Assembly (NCBI GenBank): GCA_965202585.1
Contig: OZ241832.1
Span: forward strand, 31,868,001 to 31,932,000
Origin: Thalia democratica
Taxonomy: Eukaryota
Direction of reading: 5' to 3'
Length of the DNA stretch: 64,000 bases
The notes under the pieces were generated by a model. It saw only the letters and a list, made by a program, of their open reading frames with translations, was not told the origin of the DNA and made no database searches. The position numbers and the translations under genes were made by a program. Within the stretch, counting starts at the first letter, position 1. Each line of letters starts with the position of its first letter. Below are positions 22,035 to 34,046 of this stretch, piece by piece.

Positions 22035-22128
22035 CCTACTGGACCAGCTGCCCCGCCCAATCTTTCCAAATCGAGACCGGTCATCAGAACATAAACCCCG
22101 TTGCCAACACCTCCGAGCACATTTGAGG
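22035..22128 (-). CDS. IVD: IVD exon 7a (alternative): (A)SNVLGGVGNGVYVLMTGLDLERLGGAAGPVG
   Basis: 94 bp, gttttttag acceptor, GG|gtaaaa donor, phase 1 to 2, no stops. Confidence 0.9.
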
Positions 22129-22245
22129 CTAAAAAACAACTAACTTTAATACATGAATGGTCAGGTCATAATCAGAGTTGCCAGTTTAGCGAAAACAATA
22201 GTTGAAAATGGATTTCAACAATGGAAACAAATGTGCTTGAAAACG

Positions 22246-22276
22246 CCGTTGCCAAGGCCTCCAAGCACATTTGAGG
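22246..22276 (-). pseudogene. IVD: Truncated fourth copy of IVD exon 7 (5' ~31 nt only)
   Basis: ttttatag|CC TCA AAT GTG CTT GGA GGC CTT GGC AAC GG, then homology stops and an in-frame TGA follows. Confidence 0.85.
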
Positions 22277-22979
22277 CTATAAAAAAACACACTTTTTTCA
22301 CGTTTGACTGTTCATGTTTAGAAGTATTGACATATTTACGGCTTTAACCATAAGGGGTATATTGCTTCAACTCATTATTATTTTCTTTTGGTCAAGTTAA
22401 GCGGAAAACAATAGTTGAAAATGAAGAATTTTCAACCAACTTTGGTCAAGATATGGTTTAGCGCAATGAAAAGTACCAAAATCTATATTTATTTTAGTAG
22501 AAGTGAGTGTGAGTTTGTATGTTGGTCAAAAAGTTGTTGTTTTTATTTACGGTTGCAAGAACTTTTGTGCTCCACTTGTTTTGGCAGGAAATATCACTTG
22601 AAAATATTACTTTGACCAATAAAGTGCTAGTACTTGTATATGTTTATCATAGACTGTGAAACTAAATTGTATATAAGGTTTATTGCTTTAATGGAAGTGA
22701 TATATTGTTTTTTCAAAGAAAAGCTGCTTTCAAAGTCTCAATTCAAATTCAAACTGAGTAGTTATAGATTGGTACTTTTAAAAAATTCGTTATCAAAAAT
22801 TAAAACTTTTTTGTATGTTATTGATTAGAACGTTGTTTATTAAAATATTCAAACACTGTTTTTCAATAACAACAAATTTTGTCAATTTATAATTTACAAA
22901 CAAGTGAATTAAGACCTTCAACCACTAATACAAAGGTAACAATAAATTTTTTTTTGGTATATTACTTTATTTAACAAAC

Positions 22980-23111
22980 CAGGAACTTTGCAATCTTCGA
23001 ACACCAGTTCACAGGTATTGCTTCCCCTCATCCCGAGCTTATCGAGTTTCTGATGAGTGCTGAACCCGTCCATTCCCTTCTCCACTATGAACGCTGTGAT
23101 TCCGTGCGGTC
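22980..23111 (-). CDS. IVD: IVD exon 6: [44 protein letters not shown]
   Basis: ttctaag acceptor, G|gtttgt donor, phase 1 to 1; KLG-RGS-T motif. Confidence 0.97.
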
Positions 23112-23559
23112 CTTAGAAAGATGAGATTTGTTACTAACTATCAATGTTAATAATGTTATTTTTATACAAAACAAAGTTCATGCTTATTTGAATCAACTGT
23201 AGATATGGGTGGTCAGAATAAAAAGTTTAACTATTTCAACAAGTAAAATATACTTTCTTTTTTTAAGTTAGTCATATAGAATATATTTTTTACATGATGA
23301 AATGAGTCGTAAGTACTTCTGGCTAACTGACAAACCACAGCGCTGAACTAATCTAGTACATGAAAACAATTGTACCATTTCATTCAACTTTACTTTCGTG
23401 CTGCATTACATTGATAAGCAATTAATAAATCAAAAATTAAAAACTAATTTATTGAAAAAATTTTAATATCTTTATCTGCATCAGTTTTGGCGTCATTATC
23501 TTGATAGTTAATTAATTTATAAAAAATCTAATAAAAAAGATGTAATTATAAAAATGTAC

Positions 23560-23655
23560 CTTTATCCGCATCAGTTTTGGCATACACCACTAATACATCA
23601 GCGTCAGGTCCGTTGGTGATCCAGAACTTGTTGCCGTTAAGAACGTATGAATCAC
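23560..23655 (-). CDS. IVD: IVD exon 5: [32 protein letters not shown]
   Basis: ttttttag acceptor, G|gtacat donor; NG-K-WITNG motif. Confidence 0.97.
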
Positions 23656-23749
23656 CTAAAAAAACAAAAAAAAAATTAAATACATACTATTCAGTACTAA
23701 ACAACAATCACAGCTTGTTTTAATTTGTTTATTCTTAATACTTATATAA

Positions 23750-24100
23750 ATGTTTTTGGCAAACTTTCTCCAGGTTTTTTAAAATACACATTTTTGGGTA
23801 TAATCTTAGTTTTAAGTTAAGTTTGAGGTAAAAAACATTGAAAAGATACTGTAAAGCTACTTAAAATGTGTTTTTAAATAGAAAAATTTTTGATTATGAC
23901 AATTTTTTTTTATCTATATGGTAGATTTTTTGTGTCGAATCAAAATTTTTCTACTTACCATGTGAGCATTGTTTAAAATTCCAGGCTTTCCAGGCTTTTT
24001 TTTTTCAAAATTTCTTAAGTTCCAGGTTTTTTCGCCTAAATTGTCAAACTCCATTTATTTTCTAAGCTATTCTAGGTTTCCAAGTATTTTGATATTCCTG
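23750..24100. mobile_element. Partial copy of the 'CCAGGTTTT' MITE family
   Basis: Interior matches 29450-29853 (atactgtaaa..cttaaaatgtg; atggtagattttttgtgtc); termini unclear. Confidence 0.5.
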
Positions 24101-24342
24101 TTATATATGCATAGCAATTTAAAATTCATTGCATTGTTCTTATAATTCATTATACAATGATTCACATTGAAATAATTTACGTTCTATCAATTACATACTA
24201 TTCAGTACTCATCAACACGAATGATTTACCTAAATATAAACAAACGTTCAGTACTCATGAATAAACATGGCAGAAGTTGTTTGAATTTTTTTTTGTCATT
24301 TAAAAATACATGACAATTACCTTATTTATTTATTTATTATTA

Positions 24343-25075
24343 CAGTAGACTACCGCTTAAGTACGCACTTTTTTTGGTACGCATCACGCCTTAAGTACGC
24401 ACTTATCAAGAAAGGTAGAATGTCCAACCTGCTGAGTTAGCCTAAGACTTTCACAAATTTTAAACTAGGGTGAGTAATCCTTAGTAGTCTAAGTGGCATG
24501 AAATTGCGACAGTCCTATTATTAAATGTTAATAAACTAAATACTTATGTAGTGGTTGCAGAAAAGTGAAAAGAATAATGATATTTGAGCTGTAATGCTAA
24601 CAAATAAATAAATCTACATGACAAAACTAAAAACCTACAAATACAACATAGCTAAGTCATAACTTAATTTAGATGTACACACATTGATGTTTTCAAAATG
24701 TTTGGTAAACATAATTTAGTTTGGTACTTTACCTATAACAAAACAAAATATGGCTTAATATTCTTTTCTATACCATTGACTGACATTGACTTTCTATTTT
24801 AATGGTATGTATTAATTATGTAGAAACGTTTTATAGACTTAATAAATCATTTTAAAATCTAATAAAAAGTTTTACAGATTAGAATTATGTATTAAATGTT
24901 ATTTAAAATAAAAAGACTTATTTATTTGGTTTAATTATTTAATGGCTAGTTGTAAGAAAGAAAACAAACAACTTGAGTTCATATAATACTATGTCTTCAA
25001 AAAGTACGCACTACCCATGCTAAGTACGCACTTTTTGGTCGGGTTCAATTTGCGTACTTAAGCGGTAGTGTACTG
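24343..25075. mobile_element. Non-autonomous Tc1/mariner-pogo-type element
   Basis: 25-bp TIRs cagtagactaccgcttaagtacgca / tgcgtacttaagcggtagtgtactg (24/25), TA on both sides, repeated aagtacgcac motifs. Confidence 0.9.
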
Positions 25076-25290
25076 TATTATTATTATTATGTATATACAG
25101 ATAACAGTAAACTTGTCATTCGCATCAAGTTGGCTAACTATTTATATTATACAACTTACATTGTATCTTGTATCATTTCATTATTCTTTTTATTCATCAT
25201 ACAAATATGTTATCCCTTGTTATTTATATAATTTATTTATTCTTACTATATACATTATTATACATACAAGGTATGCATAATATACTAATA

Positions 25291-26047
25291 CGGGGTGGCC
25301 ACTAATTTTTGGCAAACTGTCTCCAGGTTTTTAAATTTTCCTCCAGGTTTTTGAAAGTACATACTTTTTTTGATAGCTTTTTGTATCAAATTAATCTGAA
25401 GTTAAAAAAGGTGTTTTTTGATATAATTAAACTACTTAAACGATACGTTTTTACTATTACTTAATATTTATTTTATTATAGAACTGGTTATTATATAACT
25501 TATATTAGAACTAATTAAAGCCCTTAAAAATAGTTAAACCAACTAAATGATACTTATTACAGCTACTTTAAATAAACTAGCCACACCTAATGACTTATAC
25601 TATAAAGTTAAGATTTTTTACAGCTGCTATAAATACTTTATGCATAAAACATTGCATAAAACATTTTTATTTAAATCTGCTCTTAAATTTTTCTTGCTCT
25701 TAGTTTTCTCTTAACTAAACTTTATCAAGTTGAACTAGTCAGAAATAGGTTCTTTTTGACTGACTTTACATGACACTGGAAACAATAGAAATGCAAGTTA
25801 AAAACAAGCTTTATTAACTAAAGTATAAACTTGACTAAAATTTATCATTTACTAATTGAAAACTTGTAGTAGAACTTTTTTTAATTCAAAAAAGGACAAA
25901 GTTCACAATATTTATTTAACGAAGTTGTTTAAAAACTTTAATTTATTTAAATTCTAGGTTTTTTCACGAGTTTGTACAAAATTCAAGGTTTTTCCAGGTT
26001 TTTTTTTTCGAAATTTTTAAAGTTCCAGGTTTTTTTTTGCCACCCTG
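25291..26047. mobile_element. MITE, 'CCAGGTTTT' family
   Basis: Ends cggggtggc / gccaccctg flanked by TA; ccaggtttt subterminal repeats. Confidence 0.7.
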
Positions 26048-26256
26048 TAAATTTGAAAATACCATGTATTCTAAATCAAAACAGCTACAACTTTGTAAAA
26101 AACTAGCATTGGTTTATCATTAGTTTTTTAACTAGCCAATATAAGTGTGAACTGTTAAGAATACATAAAGTAAAACATTTAAAAAACATTAATATGGACT
26201 TGATAAACTTAATGTCTAAACTATGTGAAAAGAATATTGTTCCTCACTATCTAAAT

Positions 26257-26549
26257 CAGCAATTCTTAAACTGGGGTAAATTTACCCCTAACGGTAAATT
26301 CCCTTCTTTTAGGGGGTAAATTTTCTTTTATACATGTTATGTAAATTAATGTTTATTTATTGTATTTGTAGTTTATTAGTCAGTTTTTAATTGCAATTTT
26401 TTAAAGTTAAATAAACTTTTTAATTTTTATATCTAATAAGCTTATATACAATCTAGTTTTTCCCTCAAAATTAAAAATTATTCTGTAGGTTGGGGGTAAG
26501 TTTGGTAAAATCTCTCAAAATGAGGTAAGGATGAAAAAAAGAACCACTG
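26257..26549. mobile_element. hAT (Buster/Charlie-like) MITE
   Basis: Ends cagcaattct / agaaccactg; 8-bp TSD atctaaat / atctagat (7/8). Confidence 0.75.
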
Positions 26550-29449
26550 ATCTAGATGATGTGCACATAACTTAATCGTACGATAAAATAAAATCTGATA
26601 TAATTGCATTGTCTTGTGTTTAATTAATGTCATAAACTGTATTTTTACACAGCTTCAAATTACTTATAACGATGCAGAATCTGCTAATTAAGCAATTAGT
26701 TATTACAGAAATTATAAATAAATATTTATTTCGAAAAAAAATCAACGATTTACGATCAACTACGTCACAAGTTGCTTCAAGTGTAAATTTTTATAACATT
26801 TTAAAAAACTTAGTTTAAAATCTAACTCTCGAAAGATATCAACTAAGGTGCTTAAAAACTGGGTCAATGAAAAATTCTGCTAAAGTATGTCGGCCTGGAC
26901 TTGCTTGTGCCGCGAGGTCTCTGTCTACCGAAAGCTTGTTGGTCTGGTGATCAAACCTTTACTTAAATTTGAGCTTATAAACTAGGGATATAAAAACTGC
27001 GGCCCGAGATGTACTTAAGAACAAAAAATGATTTCTAACATATATAATTTAAATGTTTGGTTTAACCTTAGAGTTGGGCTCTTAGTTTATTAATTATTAA
27101 AGCTTTAATATTGCATATGTTATCAAACTTTTGGTTTTAAACAATATGACAGCGGCTCATAGATTTATTTTCTAAAACTATGCTGCCCGCGAGCAACTTT
27201 TTATATAAAAAACTGACTTTATAAAAATTTTATAAAAATTGAATCTTAGCCTACAAAGGCTGTCAACCTATTGTTTTATAAGTATAACCTTTGAAATAAA
27301 ACATGAAGCATTCAACTTTCGTTTTCTTTTTTCAGTTGGAAAATAAAAGCATTTGTTATTTTCTGGGAATATTTTTAACACCTGTGCACATTCTAAGATT
27401 TGATTTAGGAATCAATAAATTTGAATATGTTTTTTTTTTAAATGCTCTGGGCTTGCTTTTACAACTTACTTTTGAGGTTTCAAAAAAATTCTAAAACTTA
27501 TGCTTTACTACAGGCAGCAAATTGAAATAAATATCAATTAATATATCTTTAAAATTTATAAGTCAAAACAGTAAAAAGCTTTGTAGTATTAAACTAAATG
27601 ATTCATTAAAACTTAAATTTGCCTGTTACAAAAAAATCCAAAAAGCTTGAAGTTTCTAAAAAACTAGGATTTATCAACAATTTTCTACTTAGCCTGAATG
27701 AGGAATAAAATTTTTAGAATCTACTAAAAGTTACACATTATTTTCATACGTTTTAAATTTCGAAGTAAAACTTGACCAAATAAAAAAATATTTTTACTCG
27801 TGAAAACAATTTTTATTAATGAAACTATTTAACCAATAATTCAACCAATCTTGGTCATTTGTAAATGCTTTATTGTTGGCAGAACATATTATTAAGATGG
27901 TCATAAATGTCAGATGCATGGTTAAAACATTAACACTGAAGTCAATTCAAATTTAAGAGACATATATCTAAATAAAAATATAAAGTCGTTTTTACTTGTG
28001 AAAAGGAATCATATTGATTAATTTTATTTTAACACTTTCATATTGCTAATTTTGATTACATGCACATACCCTCAATTTGAGTGAGTATTTGTTTAATAAA
28101 TATGTAGTTATAAATACTGTGTTTCCACAGCTTTAAATTTAAATTTTTATACCCGCTAACGTCATATAAGAATTCTTGCTAATTGCTAATTTAATATTTA
28201 TGTTTAAAAATTAAAATCGATGATTTTTCATTACCTACGTCACAAAATTCCTCAAATGTATTATTTTTTATAAACATCTTAAGAAATGTTGAATATCAAT
28301 TTTGAAGAAATAATGACTAAGAGTTGCTTAAAATATTCTCGAACAACATTTAATTTACACTGTTAGTATATTATTAGACTTTTTTTTAATCTAAAATAGA
28401 CTAAATTACCAGTGCTATCTTTGAATAACATAAAAATAGAACAATTACTTAGTAAATGCTGTAATAGAGCACATTTTTCCAAATAAAACAAAAAATAAAT
28501 TTCTTCAAAATTAATATAAGTGAATCTAAATATCCATTCAGGTGTAAATTTATGCTTTCAGCTTATTTTGTACTATAGCTCAATTTTTAAAGCATAAACT
28601 ACCATACCACATAAATCATTTTTGATTTAATATAATCAACAGTTCGAAAGGTTAGGAACTTTTACAACAGTGAGTAATAAAAAATATTTTATTTGAACTA
28701 TATACATTATTTAAAACGTTTTAAAACATGTTTATAAGTTTTACATACAATTTAACTTTAATAAAAAGGCAAGTAAATCTGAATAATTTCAAAGTTATAC
28801 TAAAACTTAATCAAATTCACCAAGTATTTAAAACGCTTTGCGACAAGTATCTTATGAACTAAAATTAACAAGCTGCCATAAAGTTTGATCATACCGCTTT
28901 GATCATCAGACCACAGCGTTCCGGAGTTTGTTTCAAGTTTTTGGATGTTTCGGAGTTTATGTAAGTTTCAAAATAAGAGTTAACGTTATTTTATGGCTAT
29001 AATATCATTACCACACATCTTACTTTGAAATTTTTAAAACGAGAGCTAATCATGTATAGTAGATTATATTTGTAAAGCAATTCAGTTTTTATAAGATAAA
29101 ACTGGCCTGAATTTGAGGAGTCGAAATAACGAAATTTTAGTAAAACAATTAGCGTGTATTTTTAAAAAGTTTTTAATAGATAGGGTACGAAGCAATCATA
29201 ATACAACATAATATAATAAATATATATAATATTTTGATTTTAAGGAAACTTTTAGATTCTCGAAAGTTGATGTTTAAAGCTAAGCAATCATTTTTTTGTG
29301 CAAAAGCAACTTAAACTATTTGTCAAGGACTTTCGCAACAAACATTTTTTTTTGTTCGAGGGACAATATTTATTTGGCGGAAAAAATTGTCAGGCTCTAT
29401 ATTTTCAGCCAAATGTATGAACTACTTGATGTGCGTAGAGAAACATAAA

Positions 29450-29853
29450 GAGGGTTGCTAAAGATTTAAAAAAAAAAATTTCCAGGTCTTCTGAATTTCT
29501 TCCAGGTTTAAAAAAACAAGTTTATGGTCTATTCTTATTATAAATTAAATTTGAGGTAAAAAAAATGGATTTAGATAGTATAAAAACGTTGAAAACATAC
29601 TGTAAAAGTGCTTAAAATGTGCTTTATAATAGAAAAATATTTAGTGATACAAAAAATTTTTGGTGATGACAAAGAATTTTTATCTACATGGTAGATTTTT
29701 TGTGTCAAATTCTAACTTACTTATGATGTAAAAATGGCCTACAGTTCCAGGTTTTTCCGTATTTTTTAGTGATTTTTGTTGAAAATTCCAGTTTTTTTTT
29801 TAATTTCTCAATTTCCAGTTTTTTTTAGAATTCCAGGTTTTTTGGCAACCCTA
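29450..29853. mobile_element. MITE, 'CCAGGTTTT' family
   Basis: Ends gagggttgc / ggcaacccta; ccaggttt repeats. Confidence 0.65.
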
Positions 29854-29929
29854 TTAACATGAAAATAATAACCAATGAACTATTCTTATTTTTATGTTTA
29901 TTTATTTACTTTATATAAACACAAATAAC

Positions 29930-30023
29930 CTTGCTTGTCGGCTTTCAGTTTCATTGAAACGACATCCGACCCCGATCCTGGTTCCGACATTGCTAGCGCC
30001 CCCATGTGCTCACCACTGATCAA
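29930..30023 (-). CDS. IVD: IVD exon 4: [31 protein letters not shown](G)
   Basis: tttacag acceptor, G|gttatt donor; ALAMSEP-SGSD FAD-binding motif. Confidence 0.97.
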
Positions 30024-30340
30024 CTGTAAATAGTTTTAATTGTTATATATTTCTCACTGCTGATCAGCTGTAAACTGTTTTAATTATTATATATTTCTCA
30101 CTGCTGATCAGCTGTAAACTGTTTTAATTATTATATATTTCTCACTGCTGATCAGCTGTAAACTGTTTTAATTATTATATATTTCTCACTGCTGATCACT
30201 GTAAACAGTTTTAATTATTATATATTTCTCATTGCTGATCACTGTAAACAGTTTTAATTATTACATATTCCTCATTGCTGATCACTGTAAACAATTTTAA
30301 TTATTACATATTTTCGCCTCTGATCAGCTGTAAACATTTT
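30009..30340. repeat. 43-44-bp minisatellite (8 copies) built from the exon 4 splice acceptor
   Basis: Unit ctcactgctgatcagctgtaaactgttttaattattatatattt; the first copy is the real exon/intron junction. Confidence 0.93.
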
Positions 30341-30520
30341 TGTTTTTTGGGTAATTTCATAAAAGTTTTAATTAAGCTGAGGTGTCTGTGCTAGATAAAA
30401 ATCAATTAAAGCTGAGCTCAGAGTAGCATTTAATAAAGAATGCCTGTTTGAAACAAGAAACTTTTTTACAACTATCTAAGTATCAAAAACATAGCAACAT
30501 AATCAAAACAATCAACCTAC

Positions 30521-30690
30521 TTTGGGCAGGTACTTTTCCTTCTGTTCCGGCGTGGCGTGCCTGACCAGCTGATTGACGCACAAGTTGCTGTGAGCTCCGT
30601 ACGATAATGCGATTGATGCCGACACACGGGACATTTCCTCCATGACAATGCAGTGCTCGAATATTCCCATACCGGTACCTCCGTCAGATT
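30521..30690 (-). CDS. IVD: IVD exon 3: [57 protein letters not shown]
   Basis: catacag acceptor, AAA|gtaggt donor; [11 protein letters not shown] is IVD-diagnostic. Confidence 0.97.
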
Positions 30691-30971
30691 CTGTATGAAT
30701 GAAAATATGTTATACTAAATGTATGTTTTACTTAATATTACTACTTTTATCACTTGTTTTTATAAAACCTATTTTCGAATTTTCCCACACCAGTACCTCC
30801 GTCATATTTATTTTTCATTAGTTAATTATATTATTTATTTTTTGAATGCCTCCATCTCTCTGTCTGATTTTGTTTAAATTAAAAATAATTTGTTAATATA
30901 AAAAACCTCAGTCTTAACAATTAATTAAAAAAACTAAATTATTTGAGTAAGAGTTAAAAATTGGTGCTGAG

Positions 30972-32729
30972 TAGTGATGTACCGGACCCACAATTTCGGG
31001 TCCGGCCGGACCCGGATCCGGACTTTTTTTTCAAATTAGAATCCGGCCGGACCCGGATCCGGACTTTTTTTTCAAACTAGAATCCGGCCGGAACCGGATC
31101 CGGACTTTTTTTCAAATTAGAGTCCGGCCGGAACCGGATCCGGACTTTTTTTTCAAATTAGAATCCGGCCGGATCCGGATATCAGACAAAAATGGCAATA
31201 TCCGGCCGAACCCGGACCCGGATAGTGAGTGCGGTGCATTACTAGAATAAACTAGCCTGAGTCAGAATGAGGTTTTTAGAAACTGAAAAAAAAAGAACTT
31301 TAATCTAATAATAAGTAGAACAGCTAGCCCCAAAGTTTACAAATTTAGGTGTTATTTACAATTAAAAATCTGAAATCAAGTTCTTGAACAAAATACACTA
31401 GAAAATTACAAAATATTCAAAACTGGATCAGCTCAAACTTATTCAAAATCTAAAAGAAAACTAGCCTGAGTTTTTATATAAAACTAAACTAGCCTGAGGC
31501 AGTCCAAGATTTTCTAAAATTCCCAAAATTTTTTAAACTAGTAGGGTTGCCACTGTTTAAGTCAATAAAACTAGCTAGAGTGGGTATAAACAAGCCTGAG
31601 TAAGAATGAGGTTTTTAAAAACTGAAAAAATTACTTTAATCTAATAATCAGTAGAACAGCTAGCAAAGGTTGACAATTTGGTAGCAAAGTTGTGGACTGA
31701 TTGTGGTACACTTAACTTATTATACTACCCATCATAGTTAAATCCTACCTTATCTAATTAATATCTAACAAACACTAAATTCTAACTGAGACTACTTTCT
31801 ATAATCAGACACGACAGTTTTGAGTGATGAATCTTTTATATAAAACACAACAAGAAATACTAGCATAAAGAAAATTATTAATTACTTTGGTAACACTTTA
31901 AAAACTGGAAGCTATTTAAATCTATATCAAAAGACTTAAAACAAAAATTAAAAATTAAATAAAACTATTCGTAAACAAGAAACTGTAAAATCTTTAATAA
32001 ACTATTAAACTATAAACCTGGATTAAATATTTAAACAATTAAACACCTGTTGAAATATTCTTTTTTAAAACAAAACACTACTTACAATAAGCATTCAAAA
32101 AAACGTTCAAGATATTTTCTTGCTTCAAGCTACACGCCAAACTAACTATCTGCTTACATATAAACTGCCTGTCATGTTCTGATGTTTTGTTGCATCAGTA
32201 TTTAGTTTGAAACATTTCGTCATATGATTCTCATTGGCTCGTACATTCAACCGTATTAACTCTAAATATTCTCTGAGCTCAACTTATACTTAACTTAACT
32301 AACAATAAATAATGCAAGTATTCCAAAGTTTTCAGTTTTATAACATATGTAAAGAGTTGCATTTCATGAAATGTTTAATTCATAATTTAAATGTAAACAA
32401 ATGTAAATTAGTCACGTTTAGAAAATGAGCCAATCACGGTAGGTGTTTAATTTTAACTGACGAAAATAACTCTTATTAATTTACACAGGGTTTGTTTTTG
32501 AAAAATACTTTTTAGTATGCTCTTTTTTACTAACTAGATCCGGGTCCGGCCGGATCTCTGTTAGGATCCGGCCGGACCCGGATCCGGACTTTTTTTTCAA
32601 ATTAGAATCCGGCCGGAACCGGATCCGGACTTTTTTTTCAAATTAGAATCCGGCCGGATCCGGATATCAGACAAAAATGGCAATATCCGGCCGGACCCGG
32701 ACCCGGATAGTGAGTCCGGTACATCACTA
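30972..32729. mobile_element. Composite non-autonomous hAT element with CCGG-rich arrays, in IVD intron 2
   Basis: Perfect 16-bp TIRs tagtgatgtaccggac / gtccggtacatcacta; perfect 8-bp TSD gtgctgag; internal degenerate right end at 31227-31242. Confidence 0.92.
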
Positions 32730-33461
32730 GTGCTGAGTTCAATCTGAGTCTACGCAATAATTGTTTATAAGCAAGTGTGGTAAAAATATTCAAACTTTAG
32801 AACACAGTCTTTAGGAATACTAGGTTTTTATAAAAAGATCGCTTTTAAAGTCAGCTACCTCTAAATTATTCTATCAACTAAGTGTCTACATTATGAGTTT
32901 AAATGTCTTGCTCTTGTAAAGCTTTTAAAATTTAGTTCAAAGCAACCTTTTCATAAAAACCTAGTATAATATATCACTTTCTAAATTTAATATTAAAAAT
33001 TTTAAAAAAAAGTTTTGATTTTTTATTATTTTATGCTGTACACTGCGAGATGCTATTTTTTACAGTAAAAATAAAGTAGTTTCACTCGTTGAGTTAAGTT
33101 GATAAATAATATTTATTTTATATTTATGCATCAATAGAGAGAAAGGGTAACTTTTAGTTGAGCATAAAAAAGAACAAAAAAATGAAAACGAAACAATAGA
33201 TCTTTATCTGATTTAAAAACGTACCATGATTGTAAAAAATATTAAGTTAAATGTATAAAAACTAACAGCTTTAAAAAAAAAATTCAAACAAGTCCAAGAA
33301 AAAAAAAAGAGTCTGAGCTGGTATGAATTAAGCTGAGTGGTTAACAATTTTGTACTAATTATCATTTCCGAACAAAATGTTTAAAACAATTAAAAATAAA
33401 TTTATTTAAATTAAAAAGGTAATTTTTACTATAGATAAACTTGACTTCATATTGATCTAAC

Positions 33462-33724
33462 CAGTGGTCATGAACCTTTTTAAAATCTGAGTACAGTAAA
33501 TTACTACAAAATTATTTCTCTGCACACTAAACTATAAAAATAAAATTTCTTAAATAAAAAAAAAATATTCTTTATGTGTGTTTAGTGTTTCAATATATAA
33601 ATAACATGAACTATTAAATTATGTTATGACTAACTTTTTATAATCAAAAATTACCAAAAAAGCACTACCTAAAAAAATATCTTCACCCTTAATAAATTTT
33701 TGGTGCAAACTGCGAAGACCACTG
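33462..33724. mobile_element. Degenerate hAT-like MITE
   Basis: Ends cagtggtc / gaccactg; TSD not conserved. Confidence 0.4.
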
Positions 33725-34046
33725 TTTTAAAATATATAATAGAGTACACCTTTGGTGTAAATATATGAAATAATTTCATATAATTTATGCATTTAAAAAA
33801 TAAGTTATAGAATACTATTTTACAGATTATAATAGACATATGTTAAAAGTCAGCAGTTTAAATAGAAGTAATAAAAAAAACATTTTAATAGATGTTAGTA
33901 GTAAACTAGTATACAAAATAGTAATTTACAAAATTTGTTAATTGAGTGAAACAATGCTTTATAAATAAACTCTTAAATCAATAAATTTGTTTTAGTAAAC
34001 TAGCAGTGTTTTTACAAAAAAAAATCAATTTTCAGTTTCAACAAAC

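Larger units (their letters stand above)
20630..22185 (-). repeat. Tandem duplication of ~800 bp, each unit containing an exon 7 copy (7b, 7a) and its downstream intron
   Basis: ~20630-21365 aligns with ~21455-22185 (e.g. tagacttgttag..tttgac..agaaactttgtcaag; aaaaaaggaagtagaaatta). Confidence 0.9.

Noticed and set aside
20288-22276. Whole-gene IVD duplication or collapsed haplotypes as the source of the extra exon 7 copies
   Set aside because: All other exons are single-copy in the window, and 7c differs from 7a/7b at many codons, far beyond allelic divergence
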